From the NCBI RefSeq assembly GCF_009914755.1, contig NC_060926.1: a stretch of 64,000 nt of DNA; one strand, written 5' to 3'. The notes beneath the pieces were generated by a model. The model saw nothing but the letters and a program-made list of their open reading frames with translations, ran no database searches and had not been told where the DNA came from. A program made the translations under genes and the position numbers. The stretch is from the human T2T-CHM13v2.0 reference genome, Homo sapiens. Shown here one piece after another: positions 42,413 to 56,115 of this stretch (within the stretch, counting starts at the first letter, position 1; each line of letters begins with the position of its first letter).

Positions 42413-44544
42413 AAAATATTTTTTGCACATATATGTGTATGGGCATGCATATCAGGACCCATAGTGACAGCAAAAGAAATCTGTCATCTTTGAAATCTTC
42501 TGTAGTATGTAGGCTGTTGTGAGCAAAAATGCCAGAGTTATCTTTAAGTCTCATTAGTCAATCAGGTGTGTATTTACCCAGAATGTAACCTAAACTTGCA
42601 CCAAATATTTGAAGATCTAAATTTAAGAGGTTTATGATCACCTTTGGCATGTAATTTGTGGTTTTTTTATTAATATTCATAATAATATCATCTGGTTAAG
42701 GTAGGCTTAAGATCTGATTTTTAGTTTTAATTATTAATGAGATTTTCCAGTAATAATGAGTTTTTAATATGCATTATAAAACTATTTTAAATGAGGCCAA
42801 CACTTTTTTTTTTTTTCAATTTGAAACAATGTGTAATCCAAAGGCAAAATTAGTAAATATGTCTGATTCACCTATCTGGATTTTGAATATTGTTTTCATT
42901 TATATTTGCATCCCAAGAAACCTGGTAAAAGTACATTTTTGATGTCTCAAAACTGTATTACCTTGCATTGAAAGAAACATAATAAATCAAAGAGTCATAC
43001 CAAAAATTAGAGCTAAGTCTTTATTCTAAATTTTAAATTTCAATCTGCCTCTTACTTGCGGTGGAGAGGGCCTTTTCTACTGTTTTAAGGAAATATTTGG
43101 TATTTAACATCAGTTTGCAGAGAGGACCTTAAGCTTATACTTTTCAGAAAAAAAGAAAGCTATTTAGTTATCTTTGCCATTTAATGCTTACCATCATCAC
43201 ATTAATGAGAGATAGTTTAGCAATGGCAATGAAGACTTATGATTCCCTTTATTTAACTGAATTTCTTCTTTTCAGGTTAATGATTAAACACATTGAGTAG
43301 CACAATTGGGGGAAAATGAGATTTCCCAGGCAATGAATGGCCTTCTGATAGGATACAAATTTATTCTGAACAAATAAGCTACTGTATTTTCAATTGGACA
43401 ATTAAAATATCACTTTACTTCAAAGGAAAGGGGTCAATAATTGAATGTCTTGACTGACTTCATATTTATGACTATTCTCATTATGGAATACAATTGGACA
43501 TAGTTATAGTTTTATGTTCCTATGAACTGAACACATTCATTCTGCACGTGGACTTCACTACATGAAGGGAGTATTGTAGATCAGATGAATTGAAAGGCAT
43601 AATAGAATCAGGTCAATGGCAATAAACCGTTCTTGCTAAATATTTAGTTGCGCTCTCAACATAACAAAGGTGTTCTTGGAGTATCTTTTGTTAGAACCAC
43701 CTCCTTTGCCCCTATAGTTTAGATATTCACATATTTTCTGTAAAAGTATCTTATTTTTCTTTAAAGAACCTGAAGAGTTGGGAATATATACTCCTAATAT
43801 CAATTCTAAGGGTGCAAAAAGCAATCCAAGTTTGTGCAAAAAATAAATTTTAGAATGTTGTTTGAAATTAAGAACTTGATAGTGCAATAAAATTGCAATC
43901 AAATTTGCTGCATGAGTAATTGTAGATGTTTGGGAGGGAGCTGAGGACAATGAACAAAACCTTGTAATCCTGCTGTGAAGGGTCCCTCCCTTAGTCATGT
44001 GCAGCAGTCGTCAAGCCAAGAACAGTGAGGGCACACTACAGATGCTAGTGTAGACACAGGGGGTTAGCTTTTCCATTTAACACAAACTTATATCTAAAAC
44101 TAGACTTTGATTAGCCTCATTGTTATCACTATTTCATATTTATCAATTACCAGTAATGCACTTTATGATGAATGAGACATCAACAGGTCTTGATGAATGA
44201 ATGCTACATATTTTCACGTAAAGGGCAAACTCAGACTCCTAACATTTGGTTAAGAACCATGTTGATGTTAGTTTTCAAGTATAATGCCTGAGGTCCTTGT
44301 TTAGAGATCTCCTTAAATCTGGGATTAAATAAGCTAAATTACCCACCTGCCAAATATTATGGTATGTATTGCAGGTACCATAGCTTTCTAAGGCTTGTTC
44401 CCAATTTACGTTTTTAAGTCCTAGAGCTCAGGAAGTCTTACTTTGGGGAGCAGGCTGGTATTAATACAAAGGAATTAAAAATCAGAAACAATGAACCTTA
44501 GTTTGATATATAAAAGACAGGTTTAGAAGAGCGTCACAGGAACA

Positions 44545-45140
44545 TTTCATTTTTTCAAGTAGTATTTATTGAGATTATACTAAAAGTGATAACAAGACAT
44601 TATTCGTGGCCTTGAAAATTCACAAATGAATGGGAGGACTCGGGAAATACAAATGTGTAAACAGAGAACTCTACTACAGTTTCACAGAAAAAGGGAATCG
44701 GGAATCATATACCCGGGTACCCCCAACAACTGGAGAGAAGTGAGAAAGAATAAAGAGAGGAAATTTTTCCCCAAGGAGGAATGTAGTTGGGTTGAGTCTT
44801 AAAAGACTGCTGGTAATTAGCTCATCCAAGGGCTGGAGATAGAGTGTTCAGAGAGGAGAATATGATATAAGCCAAGGTATAGAAGCAAAAGAGACCTCAG
44901 GATATCAGGTAACTTGCCAATGCTGCAGTAGGGTGGGACAAGCAGGGTAGTGGTCCCAGTTGCGACTGGAGCAATGAGGGCAATTGCAGAGGACTTTGTA
45001 GAATGCTTTGGGTTTTACACTGACAGTATTGGGGACTTTTTGAATGCGTTTAACTAGGTGAGTGCCATGATCAATTTTACATTTTTAAAATATTTTACCT
45101 GCACCCTGTAGAGAATTTTTGGAGAAGACAAGACTGGAAT
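44545..45140 (-). mobile_element. L2 fragment
   Basis: CATTTTTTCAAG..GTATTTATTGAG start; GTTGAGTCTTAAAAGA; GTGAGTGCCATGATCA.TTTTACATTTTTAAAA. Confidence 0.65.
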
Positions 45141-45524
45141 GATTGAAAAGGAATGATTGGTGCTTTAACTTACATTGAGCCATCACAGTCATTTATTGTC
45201 TCTTCAGGTCTAATTCTAAAACACAGTAGCACATCTGGGGACTGTGAGAAAATATGGACTACTGTCATGCCTTATCGGAATGCTTCCTCACTCAGCAATG
45301 GACTTATCTTAACCACGACTGTTCCAGCACAAAAGCAGATAATACTTCCTTTTTCAGTGTATGGTCCCATCATATGCTATTTGGCAAGTTACTTTGCTTC
45401 TCATTTCATCATAAAAATCATTGTCACAGCTTCACTACTGGGATTTATTATATGTTCTCTTGCTGTCACCATATATCATCAGTAAACATGGTCGTTCAAC
45501 AATCTCATTATGACCAACAGCTAT

Positions 45525-45750
45525 TAGTAATATTTATTTTACGCCTATAACTTGTCAAGCACTATGATAAGCATACACGTGCATGATGGTATTCAATTCT
45601 CCATAATGCTATGAAATAAATATTATCACCATACTGTCATTTTGCATATGAAGGAACTGAGCCTTAAAAAGCTATGTGATTTGCTTCCAGGCAACACCAG
45701 GAAGTGGCAGAGCCAGGATCGGAACCCGGAGCTGTTTTACACCACAGCCC
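45525..45750 (-). mobile_element. MIR SINE
   Basis: TGTCAAGCACTATG.TAAGC..CATTTTGCATATGAAGGAACTGAG..GTGATTTGC..GAAGTGGCAGAGCCAGGAT.GAACCC. Confidence 0.85.
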
Positions 45751-45943
45751 CTGTCCTAGATATATCCTCTATAGAGGATATAGCCCTCTATATCCTGCCT
45801 GTTTGAACCTGTTTTCACTAACATTTTTTAACTTTAACTCGTTTCTGAAATATTTCTCCTCTGTAGATGAGACACTGTCTTTCAAATGAAAATATTTTAG
45901 CATCTTTAATAACATGTTTTAAATAAACTCTTGGGTATAGTTT

Positions 45944-45980
<37 letters not shown>

Positions 45981-45988
45981 GTGTGTGT
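45944..45988. repeat. (TG)n(CG)n(TG)n alternating purine-pyrimidine tract
   Basis: Directly visible, 45 bp. Confidence 0.95.
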
Positions 45989-48900
45989 CCACTGGCCTTT
46001 TCAAAGTCTCTCTTTTGTTTTGCAACTTTGGCTTTATTTATAATTTAAATCTAGACATTTCTTCTTGTGAAGTCCATGCACGCCACTCTTGGGACATCCC
46101 TATGTTGCAGCAGAGGATAAAAATGGAAAATTCAGGGTCCTTAACTGGACTCTGCCTTTATAATTGCTTCTGTGGTGCTCTCACCACATTCCCAGATGTG
46201 TGAGAAAGACAGAGGGAGTAGTGAAGGAAGCGAAATGTTAAAATAAGGCTAAGCAAACAGTTTGCCCAACAGATGTTAACCCTATTCATAATTTAAAAGT
46301 TCCTATTTTTGTTCACCACTTAGACAATGAACATTTTAATTTCTCCTTCAAACACTGCTTGTGAACTAGGTTCAGAAAGCTAAACTCATTAATATTTCCA
46401 TCAAACTTTGTCCCTTGTCATAGGTCAAAGAAACAAAAGGAGCATATTTCCTTTATATTTTAACCCTAGCATTATTATGAAGCCTGGTTAGGACTTAGAT
46501 AATTTGTTTAAATATGTCTTCTTAGTTAATATGGTAACCAGGACTAGATTTAATCAAGATTGAATTAACCTATTGTTACAGCACAAATCCCATTGGAAAG
46601 CAATGCCCCAGAGTTATATTTACATAATTTTAAGTAGAATAATTGACACTAACTATGACTAGCTTCCCCCCTACCTCCAAGTCTCTCTTCATAGTAACCT
46701 TAGTCCCCAAAACAGAATTTAAGAGGCACTAAGAAACCTGGTGAATTTAGTAGAATGAACTAGTATTATCTCCCTACTAAGATATGTTAGCAGAACATTT
46801 ATAGCTGTTTACAATGAAGAGAGAAAAAGAATATTTGCATAAACTTTAAACTATATTTTGACAAATTATTTACCTGGCAGAATTGAGTTTAAACATGCAC
46901 ATTTCCTAATCTCCAGTCCTATACTCAAACCTCAAGAAAATCACACTTCCATTCTTCTTCACAGGGTGGGTCCCTCAATTGCCCCCACACCATAAGTCCC
47001 ACAAACAAGACCAGCTCATGGGGGCATGAAGACAAAGCTGACACAAGTGATGGTAAGAACAAACGGTGGTGGTGAAAGTCAAACGTATGTTGGAGGAGCT
47101 AAAATAATTGCAAGCCTGACGCTTGTGCTATAAAAGGGCAGTAAATAGAGAACAAAGGCATATGGAAAAGAACAAAGAAAATAAAACCCCTGAGAAAAAC
47201 CAAAAGAACAATCCAATAGAAGATGAAAGCTCAGGATAAAGAGAGAGAACAGTCATTCAAAGAGAGACATTTCTGATCTTGTGTTTGTACTTGTAGACTT
47301 CTAGATTTTTTTCTTTCCTTTTTTTGTGGCATTCATTTCTTAGAAGTAAAAAGTATACAGAAACACTCACTGGCTTTCTATTTATTGAAGGACTGACACA
47401 GGAGAACTGAGCTGCTAGAGAGGGCAGTGAGTATTCTATTTATAAGCAGGTGGATAGGAACAGAGGCATGATTCTGTTGAGGATAAAGGTGATGATGTTT
47501 ATGATGATTTCAAGACATTATATGGAATCATAGAATCAGAGACCTGAACATGACCTCAAGGACTAAACCTTCAAAGTTCTATATTTTACAGATGAAAGAA
47601 AAATAACAACAATCAGATATTTGAACTGAATATATTTACATATTGCTGTTCTAGATTCTCTGTCATTCTTTCAATTATGTGATAATCCTAGGTATGTCAG
47701 AGACACTAAGAGTGTTTAAATACTTAAATAGTTGGGGCAACATATTTGTTTGGCAAAATAATGTTTAAAAATTCAACAACTTTAAAATGTTTCTTTCAAC
47801 CATATCAAATTTATATTTTCTATTTTTTGCCCTGGAAAATGTCTCGTCTTTCCCAATGAAAATAGCTTTACTTTGGAATAATTTGTATCTTATCTATTTT
47901 TACATCTTGGTTTCCAACAAGTCTGTGAATACGAATGCAATTATTTTTTCCTCTCCCATTTTGAACTTTTGGTGGGAAACTATAATTGTAAAGATATATA
48001 TGAGGAAGTTTGGGGGATTTCTGGGAAGCTACAACATAAGTAACCTTTGTAACCAAAGCACTACAAATAGGAGTTTTGCTAACATTGTTTTGCAGCCACA
48101 AAATTTTACAGGCATAAATATTTTAACATTGACTTCTATCTGTAATGTTTATGGACTTAACTACCCATGAGAATAAAATCAAGTTAATAATCAATTTTGT
48201 TATACATGCTCTGTATCAGTTATTATATATTATCATTATATACCATAATATTAGTTATCACATACTGTAAACATATATTGAAACTAATCAGAATGAAGAA
48301 ATACTGTAGATTTTTTTCATGTCTTTTATTTTTTTCATAATTTTCAAGCTTTAATACTATGTCTCCTTATGATTACAGTGAACCTCATATTAAAAGATAG
48401 ATTTTGGTAACCCAGTCATTTATTTAATGCCCCTCCTCAATATAGATGTTTTTAACTTTATGGAATTTTTCCAGGGATAGCAAGAGAGAGAAAGGTAATA
48501 TCTATGGAACCAAATAGATAGAAGACTTTCCATACTGAACCCACTTGTCTCCTTATTGGTGTCCTGGGATAAGGAAAAGAAAATAAGTTATAATTTGACA
48601 ACTCCTCTGAATGAAGATCTCAGAGCAAACTTTCATCTCCTCCTCAAAAAATGACATACCCCAGAAACCAAAAACAAACAAATGGGATATTCAGTAAAAG
48701 GAGTGAATGTGCTGTTTGCCTATTGATTCCCTGAGCTGGGTTGTCCCTGAGCAGAAGAGGGAAAAAACCAGCACGCACATATTCCACAAAAAGACCACAT
48801 GATTAGTGATTTTGTTACTAATTACAATTAAGCTGAAATAGTAAAATTTTCTTTTGACTGGATAATGATGCGTCTGAAGGACATAGGCTGTCCTGAATAA

Positions 48901-49317
48901 TCATCCTTCAATATTATTTTCAACTTAGCAGCACAGACTTTTTTAGACAATCAGGCCTATGTTCACAATGAAATTGAAGTAATTATAAAAGTTGTAAAAA
49001 AATCACCTCGAAAAATTCTACTTTCCTCCTCTGGGTTTATGAGAGAAATGTGAGATGGGAGCCGAGACAGGAGGGAGAGAGCAAGCAAAGAAAAAAGTGT
49101 TTTAGGTCATCAAATATTGCATGACTGCAAGACCTGACAAAAAGCAGAGATTTAGGTTCACATTTAGAATTTCTTTGGAATAAATAATTCTAATTCTATA
49201 CAAATGAGATTTGTTTAGCAAAATGTCTGAAAATCTGAAGAATACATTTTCTGCATATCTGGGGTCTAAGAGAGAGTCACAGGTAAACATGCAAAGAAAA
49301 AATACAATGACCATCAT

Positions 49318-49506
49318 TATACACATATATATACATATACACACATATATATTGATTATATATATGTGTGTGTATAAAATTGATTACTCACTTGATTTCA
49401 TTTTCAGGGCTAAAGTCCATAAACATTGCACACACATACACACACACACATATATGTGTATGTATACTTTATATATATATGTGCATATATTATATACATA
49501 TATATA
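49318..49506. repeat. (CA)/(TA)/(TG) low-complexity microsatellite region
   Basis: Two mixed dinucleotide blocks, directly visible. Confidence 0.85.
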
Positions 49507-50019
49507 ACTTTAACTTTTATATAGTACTGATTTTGAGAATTATTCAGGTGGTACATGAAAAGGTATTGTTGATTCAGTAGATGGCAGTCTTCCCACTAAG
49601 CCATTAAAAACCATTGTGAAAATCACATTTTAAAAGAAGGAAAAAAGCTATATTTTGAAGAACGATACAGCTTCTCTGACGCTAGTTATTAAGATAACAT
49701 ATAATTTGAAAATTTAGAGTCTATGATGACATTACACAATTTAAATGAACTATTCCTAATATCAAATCAGTTACACGAGTTGGAGCTATTACTCTAATTA
49801 TTAGAAAAGAATTTACAAGAAAGATGGAACTTTCTCCTACTCACATCTCTGGTTACTCACATGCTAGGGAAGAAAAGAAACTGATTGATTTAGGTCTCTA
49901 GACAATGAACCCAAAATATCATCAGCCCTCTAACCTTATATCCTCCCACCAAACAGACATACAAACAAAAACAAAAATCTGTCCTTTTACATTGTAATGT
50001 CCTACCAGAGTTTTAGAGG

Positions 50020-50185
50020 TAGGTACAGTGGAAAACTTTGGTCGACTCTCTGGAGAGTGATTATTTTTCCTACCACTTACCTTACAATCCTGAGCAAATT
50101 ACTTTAACTCGAGATTCAAGTCCTCCCTCTGTTAAAGCAGGGATAATAAAACCACCATCCCAGGATTGCCATGAGGATAAAAAAT
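50020..50185 (+). mobile_element. MIR fragment
   Basis: CTACCACTTAC..TCCTGAGCAAATTACTT.AAC..CTCTGTTAAA..GGGATAATAA..CAGGATTGC.ATGAGGAT.AAA. Confidence 0.7.
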
Positions 50186-51874
50186 AAACTTGTACTAGAC
50201 ATTTAATAGGAGTTTGTTTCCCTTCCTTTCCTATATGTTCTCCCTCTTCCTAAAAATGATCTTGGGAAGATACATATGTATATATTCAAATATGTAGACT
50301 TTTAGTTAAAGTGAATTAAAATTAATTTTGTTCTTATAATTTCAAGCTCTCTCTTGTGAAAATTGGCACTACTCTTTAAGGGATGTGGGCTCAAGAATCC
50401 AAAATCAAGTATTTTGTCACTATTTTAAATTATGTTTTTTCTTTAACGTATGTTTGCAGCGTACAAATCATTAATTATGTTGTATACTATGTAGGAGCAT
50501 GTGCACAGAGTTAATCCTGTATAAAAATGACGTTTTACTTCTATTAAGAATAAGTTATTTAATGTTTAGTATTATAAAAGGAGAACTAAGATTAGATCTA
50601 TTCAGTGTGGATACCAAACAATACCTTGGAAGTTATTGTTTCTTTTTATAAAAAAGAAAAATTCTACATATACCTGTTATTTTCTTTTACTCTTTTTTCC
50701 ATGCAAGTAAAATACAAGGACTTATTGTTTGTACAGTAACAAATGAGAATTATAAAGCAACAGAATCCCATTGTTCCTAGGTCTACTAATATTTAAGCTT
50801 AATATTAAATATACTTCTGATTGCGTAAGCAGAGTAAGAATTTGTTTATATTTAATCGTCCATTTCTTCTTAATAAATTAAAAATAATTGTATAGCTTTT
50901 TGCCCAATGAAGTCACAGAATACTCAGATTACCTTGGTGTGCCTGGCCTCAGCTGTATCTAACGCAGCTGAGGTACAATTATCATTCATTCCATTGGTCT
51001 CTTCAATGCCTACCTTGATGCCTTAATGCTGAAGAGCACGTAAACCTTACTACAATAACAACCTTAGAAAGCTGATTTACACTTCTGAAGTGCAGTTTCT
51101 CTACTATCTAAATAATTTGGATAGTTAATGAAAAGACAGTTCAAGCTCTGTTACTCTGAGGGTAAAGCACTTAAGATGGTCAATCTCAATGTGAAGGGCT
51201 GGGGGAAAATCGGTTTTTTTTTCCTGTTTTTTTGTTTTGTTTGGTTGTGTTTTGTTTTTTTCATGCACTTCTGCTGTAGCAGAGTGGTCAGGGTTACCTA
51301 GCACAGGTCTGCGACTCAGAGACACAAGCAGTTTCCTCTGCTATTGGGGACTGTCACCAATTCTGTATTGTTGATCAGAGAGCTAACTGCTTTACAGAAT
51401 GTTGGCATGATTTTTTGTTGTTGTTTTGGGGTTTTGTTTTATTTTGTTTTGTCAAGGTAAAGTAGGTAAGAGTCACTGCTGCCAATACATTTTTGAAATT
51501 TCTTTCCTTAAAAGCTTTTCATGTCACTTCTCTAACTCCTTCAGCATCTCTGCTTTCAAAGTAAAATAGAGCATATTTTTAAAGAGACAAAAAGGTGGGA
51601 CTAGGGGAAGCTGAAATACACATCTGAGAGAACAATGTTCATCCCACTTTCCAAAAGCCAACAAAGGAGAAGCGGGGAACTGTGGAAACAAAGGAATAGT
51701 TATTAAATGAGGTCAATGAAGCCTGCTGGAGGCAGCAGCTTCCCCTATTGCTGGCATTCTAAAAAATTCACCATAGCAAATGTAGCTGTCTCCCTTCCCC
51801 ATCCCATTTCTTATCAAAATAGATATACTTCAAATGTGTAGTGTTACTCAACAATATTCAAGTCATGGGTCACT

Positions 51875-52010
51875 GAGAATGGTGAGTTTCTTGAATGTGA
51901 AGATGGCTTGTCCCTTTTTTCCCTGTATTCTCCACCCTGAGTACAATGCCTTACCCATCACGGGCTTTCCAAAAATGGCTGCTGAATGAATGAATGTGTG
52001 AATAAATGAA
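51875..52010 (+). mobile_element. L2 3' end
   Basis: GTGAGTTTCTTGA..CTGTATTCTCCA..AGTACAATGCCT..GCTGAATGAATGAATG tail. Confidence 0.7.
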
Positions 52011-55000
52011 AGATGTTCCTGATCATAAATTCATGGGGATTTAAGTGAACTCGGAATAGAGATTGCTGATCTACTGAATCAAAATCCTGGTATGTGTCTG
52101 TAATGTGAGTTGCTTAACAATCTCACAAACACTTCACTGTCCCCAGATGTGACATGCAGTAATTTTTATCCACTTCTAAAAATCATTGATTTGGATTGAC
52201 TAACCTTTATGAACCTTCTCTCCACTTAAAGCCTTGGTGACGCCCATTAAAGTGAATTTATCACAGCTCTTAAAACTATTCAAACTCTGGAGATGCCCTT
52301 CCAGCATTTAGGTCTATTGGCATATAGTCCCCAGATTTTCCAGTGCCTTTGCCAAAGGTGGGAAAGTATTCCATTATATGCTATTCTTGATCGCCAGATA
52401 ATAAGTAGAGTTTGGCTGATAGTATATGGATACACAGCATTTTTAAGCCCAAAGCTAGCTTTGCTCACCTGATTGCTAATTAGGGTAAAGGCCTTGTTTC
52501 ATAAACCAAATTTCCCATTGTGACTATTATGAGCTATAATAATGATTGATAACAGGATGTGACGTAAACCTACACTCTTAAACACAGGAACAAAGAAACA
52601 CACCTAAGTAATCACAGGGAGATAATTAGTGCAACGAAGGCTCCCTTGGAAGCTTCTGACCCAATAAGAATGAGTTTGAGATGACTTTTCTGTCTAACCC
52701 AGTGGTTTATGCACTTTCATTCTCCCTTCCTCAGGCTTTCAATCAGACTACTTTAAAAAAAAAATGCTTAAATTTTTAATCTGTTTATTCCATTTATCTG
52801 CTTTTGAGACACTTTTATAAAATATGTATACATTTGTTATTCTCAGACACAAACTATTTCTTTTGTTTTTTTTTCTTCACCCATTGCTGTCAGTGTACAA
52901 CAAACTATTATACCCAATAAATTTTTACCTTTTTTCCCGCAGCTTTAGAAATAATGCAATGGACCAAGAGAGAAAGTGAAAGTTTAGAATGTGTCAGAAA
53001 ACGATGGCTCACTCTTTCTCATACTTCTCATTAAAGATGAGGTTGGAATAGTACACTTAACTCTCTTTTAGATTCTAAAAATTGTTTTAACTTATAATTT
53101 CAGAACCTTCTCACAAGGGGAAGTCATAGCTACTACTTCTTGTGTTGGAAATGCAATTTTATGCACATTAATAACCAAGAATGAAAAAAGGGGGATATAT
53201 TTCATCATACCCTGAGAATTGGGTATGAATGAAAATAATACAAAATATGTTGTCTTGAGACCAGCAAATCATTCAGGAGAAGGTGAATTAAAGTAGGAAG
53301 GAGAGACAACACTCACTCTAGCTAAAGTCATACCTACACACATTTTACTGTGTTTGAATTTTCTGTTCAGTGTCATAACAACTGATGTATGTTGATCTAC
53401 GGGTTGAGCTTAGATAAAATGCCCTATTTTCACCCTTCTGGATCTTAAAGAAAATTCACAGAATGATGGTACTAAGTTTTTTCTGCCATTGCTTTTCCTA
53501 GCTGTTACTGTGGACTATGAGACAAAAGCAGGCAGGCTGTAAATAGAGACATTATCTTCACTTGGTTCTTCCAAAAATTAGAGTCCCCTCAACGGTCTTC
53601 CGAGTTAGAACTATGGCTATTCCATGCAACTGCTATTATATAGCCGTATGAAGCTGCACAGGCTGGCTTGGAAGAACCAGTTGAATGCTTTCAGGGGCAG
53701 AGTCAGCATGCCAATAGATTTCCTGGTATTGTTGTGGAACGTGCCATAGCTGGACAGAGCATGTTCCAGAGCAATGGGCATGTTCCATCCAGACTGCTTT
53801 AAACAGTTCAACTCACACACCAAGTGAGTGCCTACTAGGAGTATGAGTTATATTACCCTCGTGAGAACTGTGGTGTGCAAATACAGCATGAGGATTACTG
53901 ACAGCTCATAATAGAAATTTGACTCTACTATATGGTTCTTCTTACAAATGGTACATGACACAACTTCACTCAACTAGTGTGAAAGCCGATTGTCCCCTAT
54001 CAGCCTCATCATAAAGCATATGCACTAAGCATTATAAGCCTAATTAAGTGGTTATGGACTTTTAAAATGTTAATGATAAGTAACTCCTATTTTGATAGTA
54101 ACTTTATTAAATGAAACTTTCTTAAAAATTTGGTTTCAATCCTCTCATCATCCAGTGAATCCCCACTACAAATATAACTATTAAATAAAATTAGCTAAGT
54201 AACACTGAGAAGTAAGGATACCTGATTATTAGGAATTACAGATATCTGTGCAAACTTAAACAGAAGTTACAAAATAGGAAATCAAAAGACTCATCCTTAT
54301 TGTAAATAATGCATTAGCAGTCTTAGCAATAGACCCTGTACTTAAGGATAGAGAGATGAACAGTAATATTTGTCAAGATCTTTCTTGTTTGTTTTTGGTT
54401 TTAAAATATCTTCAAAAGAGCTGACTTGAACTTAAAATCCCTTGCTTTCCTGACACTGTTAAAAACACATTTTCACCTCACTTCCCTATTTACTCTATCA
54501 TCCTTTTTAAAGGAAAAGTTGAAGATTAAAATTTTATATACTTTTATTACCAAGTTTTCAATACGTGTGGCATCTTGTAAAATCTATCAGTGGGTGCCCC
54601 ACCCGTGGCTTTTTTCCAGCTCCAGATCAGTTCAGCTATTGTTATGAAGGGATGGCTAACTTCAGGGTAGACTAGTGTTCCCATGACAGCTTTTTTCGCA
54701 TGCTGAATTTGGTTGATTTATATGGCTTAGAGCAAGATAGTTGAAGTGATCATGAGTTCTTAATAGGCCACAGACCTCGATACTCCACTTTCATGAATAA
54801 CTTATGAAATTACCTTAGACTCTCTTCCATTGGAAAACAACATTTATTACGATACTTTATATGTGTTGACTTTTCCCAATTGCTGCTCTCTTCAGTTCTT
54901 TTCCTCTCAGAATTCTTACCTATTTTATAAAATAAGAAAGGTTAAGTTCCTTCAATAAAGCTGTAAACAGTTTGTGGATTGGATTCTTTTATGAGGTTAT

Positions 55001-55321
55001 TGAAAGTTTGAACTAAATCACGTAATCAGCTCCCAGAACTTCCAGAAGGGTGGGGCCGAGTAATATACTACTTGCTAGCAGCATTCATTTATTTTTATAA
55101 AACTTTATTTCTATACACATTTTAGTTTGCCAGGGTATGTCATAATGTTCTTATTTTGAAGACTATTTGTAAGTAAGGCAACTACTTTGAATCTCATTGG
55201 GAACAAGTGCAGCTGTATGCTATTAGATGCTCCCATACAAATTAAATGAAAATATTTCAAATGTACATGTTGACTAAATAATTTGAAAGTTGTTCATAAA
55301 ATTAGAAAATATAAACAAACA

Positions 55322-55433
55322 AACATGAGTTTCCTGAAAGCAGGAAGTTGTGTCTTACTTATTTTATTTTCAGCTCCTAGCTAAGAGCTTCACACCTACA
55401 ATTTGTTATTATTTGCAGTTTGTTGAATGAATG
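55322..55433 (+). mobile_element. L2 3' end
   Basis: ATGAGTTTCCTGAAAGCAGGA..TGTGTCTTA..CCTAGC..TTTGTTGAATGAATG. Confidence 0.7.
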
Positions 55434-55953
55434 TTCTCCCACTAACTACCACAGTGGTTTGTAGTGGTCCTCTAGTTGACTAGTTGAGTCCTGGGTGATG
55501 CTGTATCCCCTTCAGACACAGACTCAGGAGGGGAGAATGATCACTGTAGTTAAGTGGTTCTGTCCTCTCATATATGGCCCATTTCTAATCATTGTACTTA
55601 CTGAAAACATAGTCTGATTTGAGCCTTTTCTCTTAAATTGTACTTGTTTTTCCTTCTGTAGAGACCACCAGTAATAAAGTTAGTGTTAGCAGTTTGAACC
55701 CTGGCTCAACCTCTTACTGTATGGTGAAGCATAATTTAGGTCCCTCAAGGGCTGGCACATCAGAAGCACTACTGCAGGAAACAGAAGGGCCAGTGTGAAG
55801 TGGCTGTGCCAAAGGAAGGGGCAGTATTTGGCAGAAGTAGCAACAATGCCCAGGAAAGACACATTGATGGGCCAGCTGTCAGCCTGTTGTCAACAGTAAG
55901 GAACCTTCACACAGCTTCCCTGGAGCTGGATGCCTCGGCACAGTACACTAAGG

Positions 55954-56115
55954 CAGTGGTTTTAACTTGGGCTGCACGTAAAAATCACCTGGGGAAATCT
56001 TAAGACATATCTACGTCTGCAGCCTCACCCAGACCCATTAACTCTTGGTACCCCCAGCGTGGATACTGCTTTTCCAGTTTTCTAGGTTACTCTAATGTTT
56101 AGCTGGGGTCAGGTA
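55954..56115. mobile_element. MER5-family MITE (MER5A1/B-like)
   Basis: CAGTGGTTTTAACTTGGGCTGCAC.TA.AATCACCTGGGGA..CTCACCCAGACC..CTAGGT.A.TCTAATGT. Confidence 0.7.

Noticed and set aside
47110-47140. TATAAAAG box with upstream TGACG as a core promoter
   Set aside because: TATA matches are frequent in AT-rich DNA, and there is no CpG island or downstream exon support.
50947-50973. 9-bp inverted repeat CCTCAGCTG/CAGCTGAGG plus a neighbouring 7-bp stem (H/ACA snoRNA-like layout)
   Set aside because: No H box (ANANNA) at the hinge; a few 9-bp IRs with short spacers are expected by chance in 64 kb.
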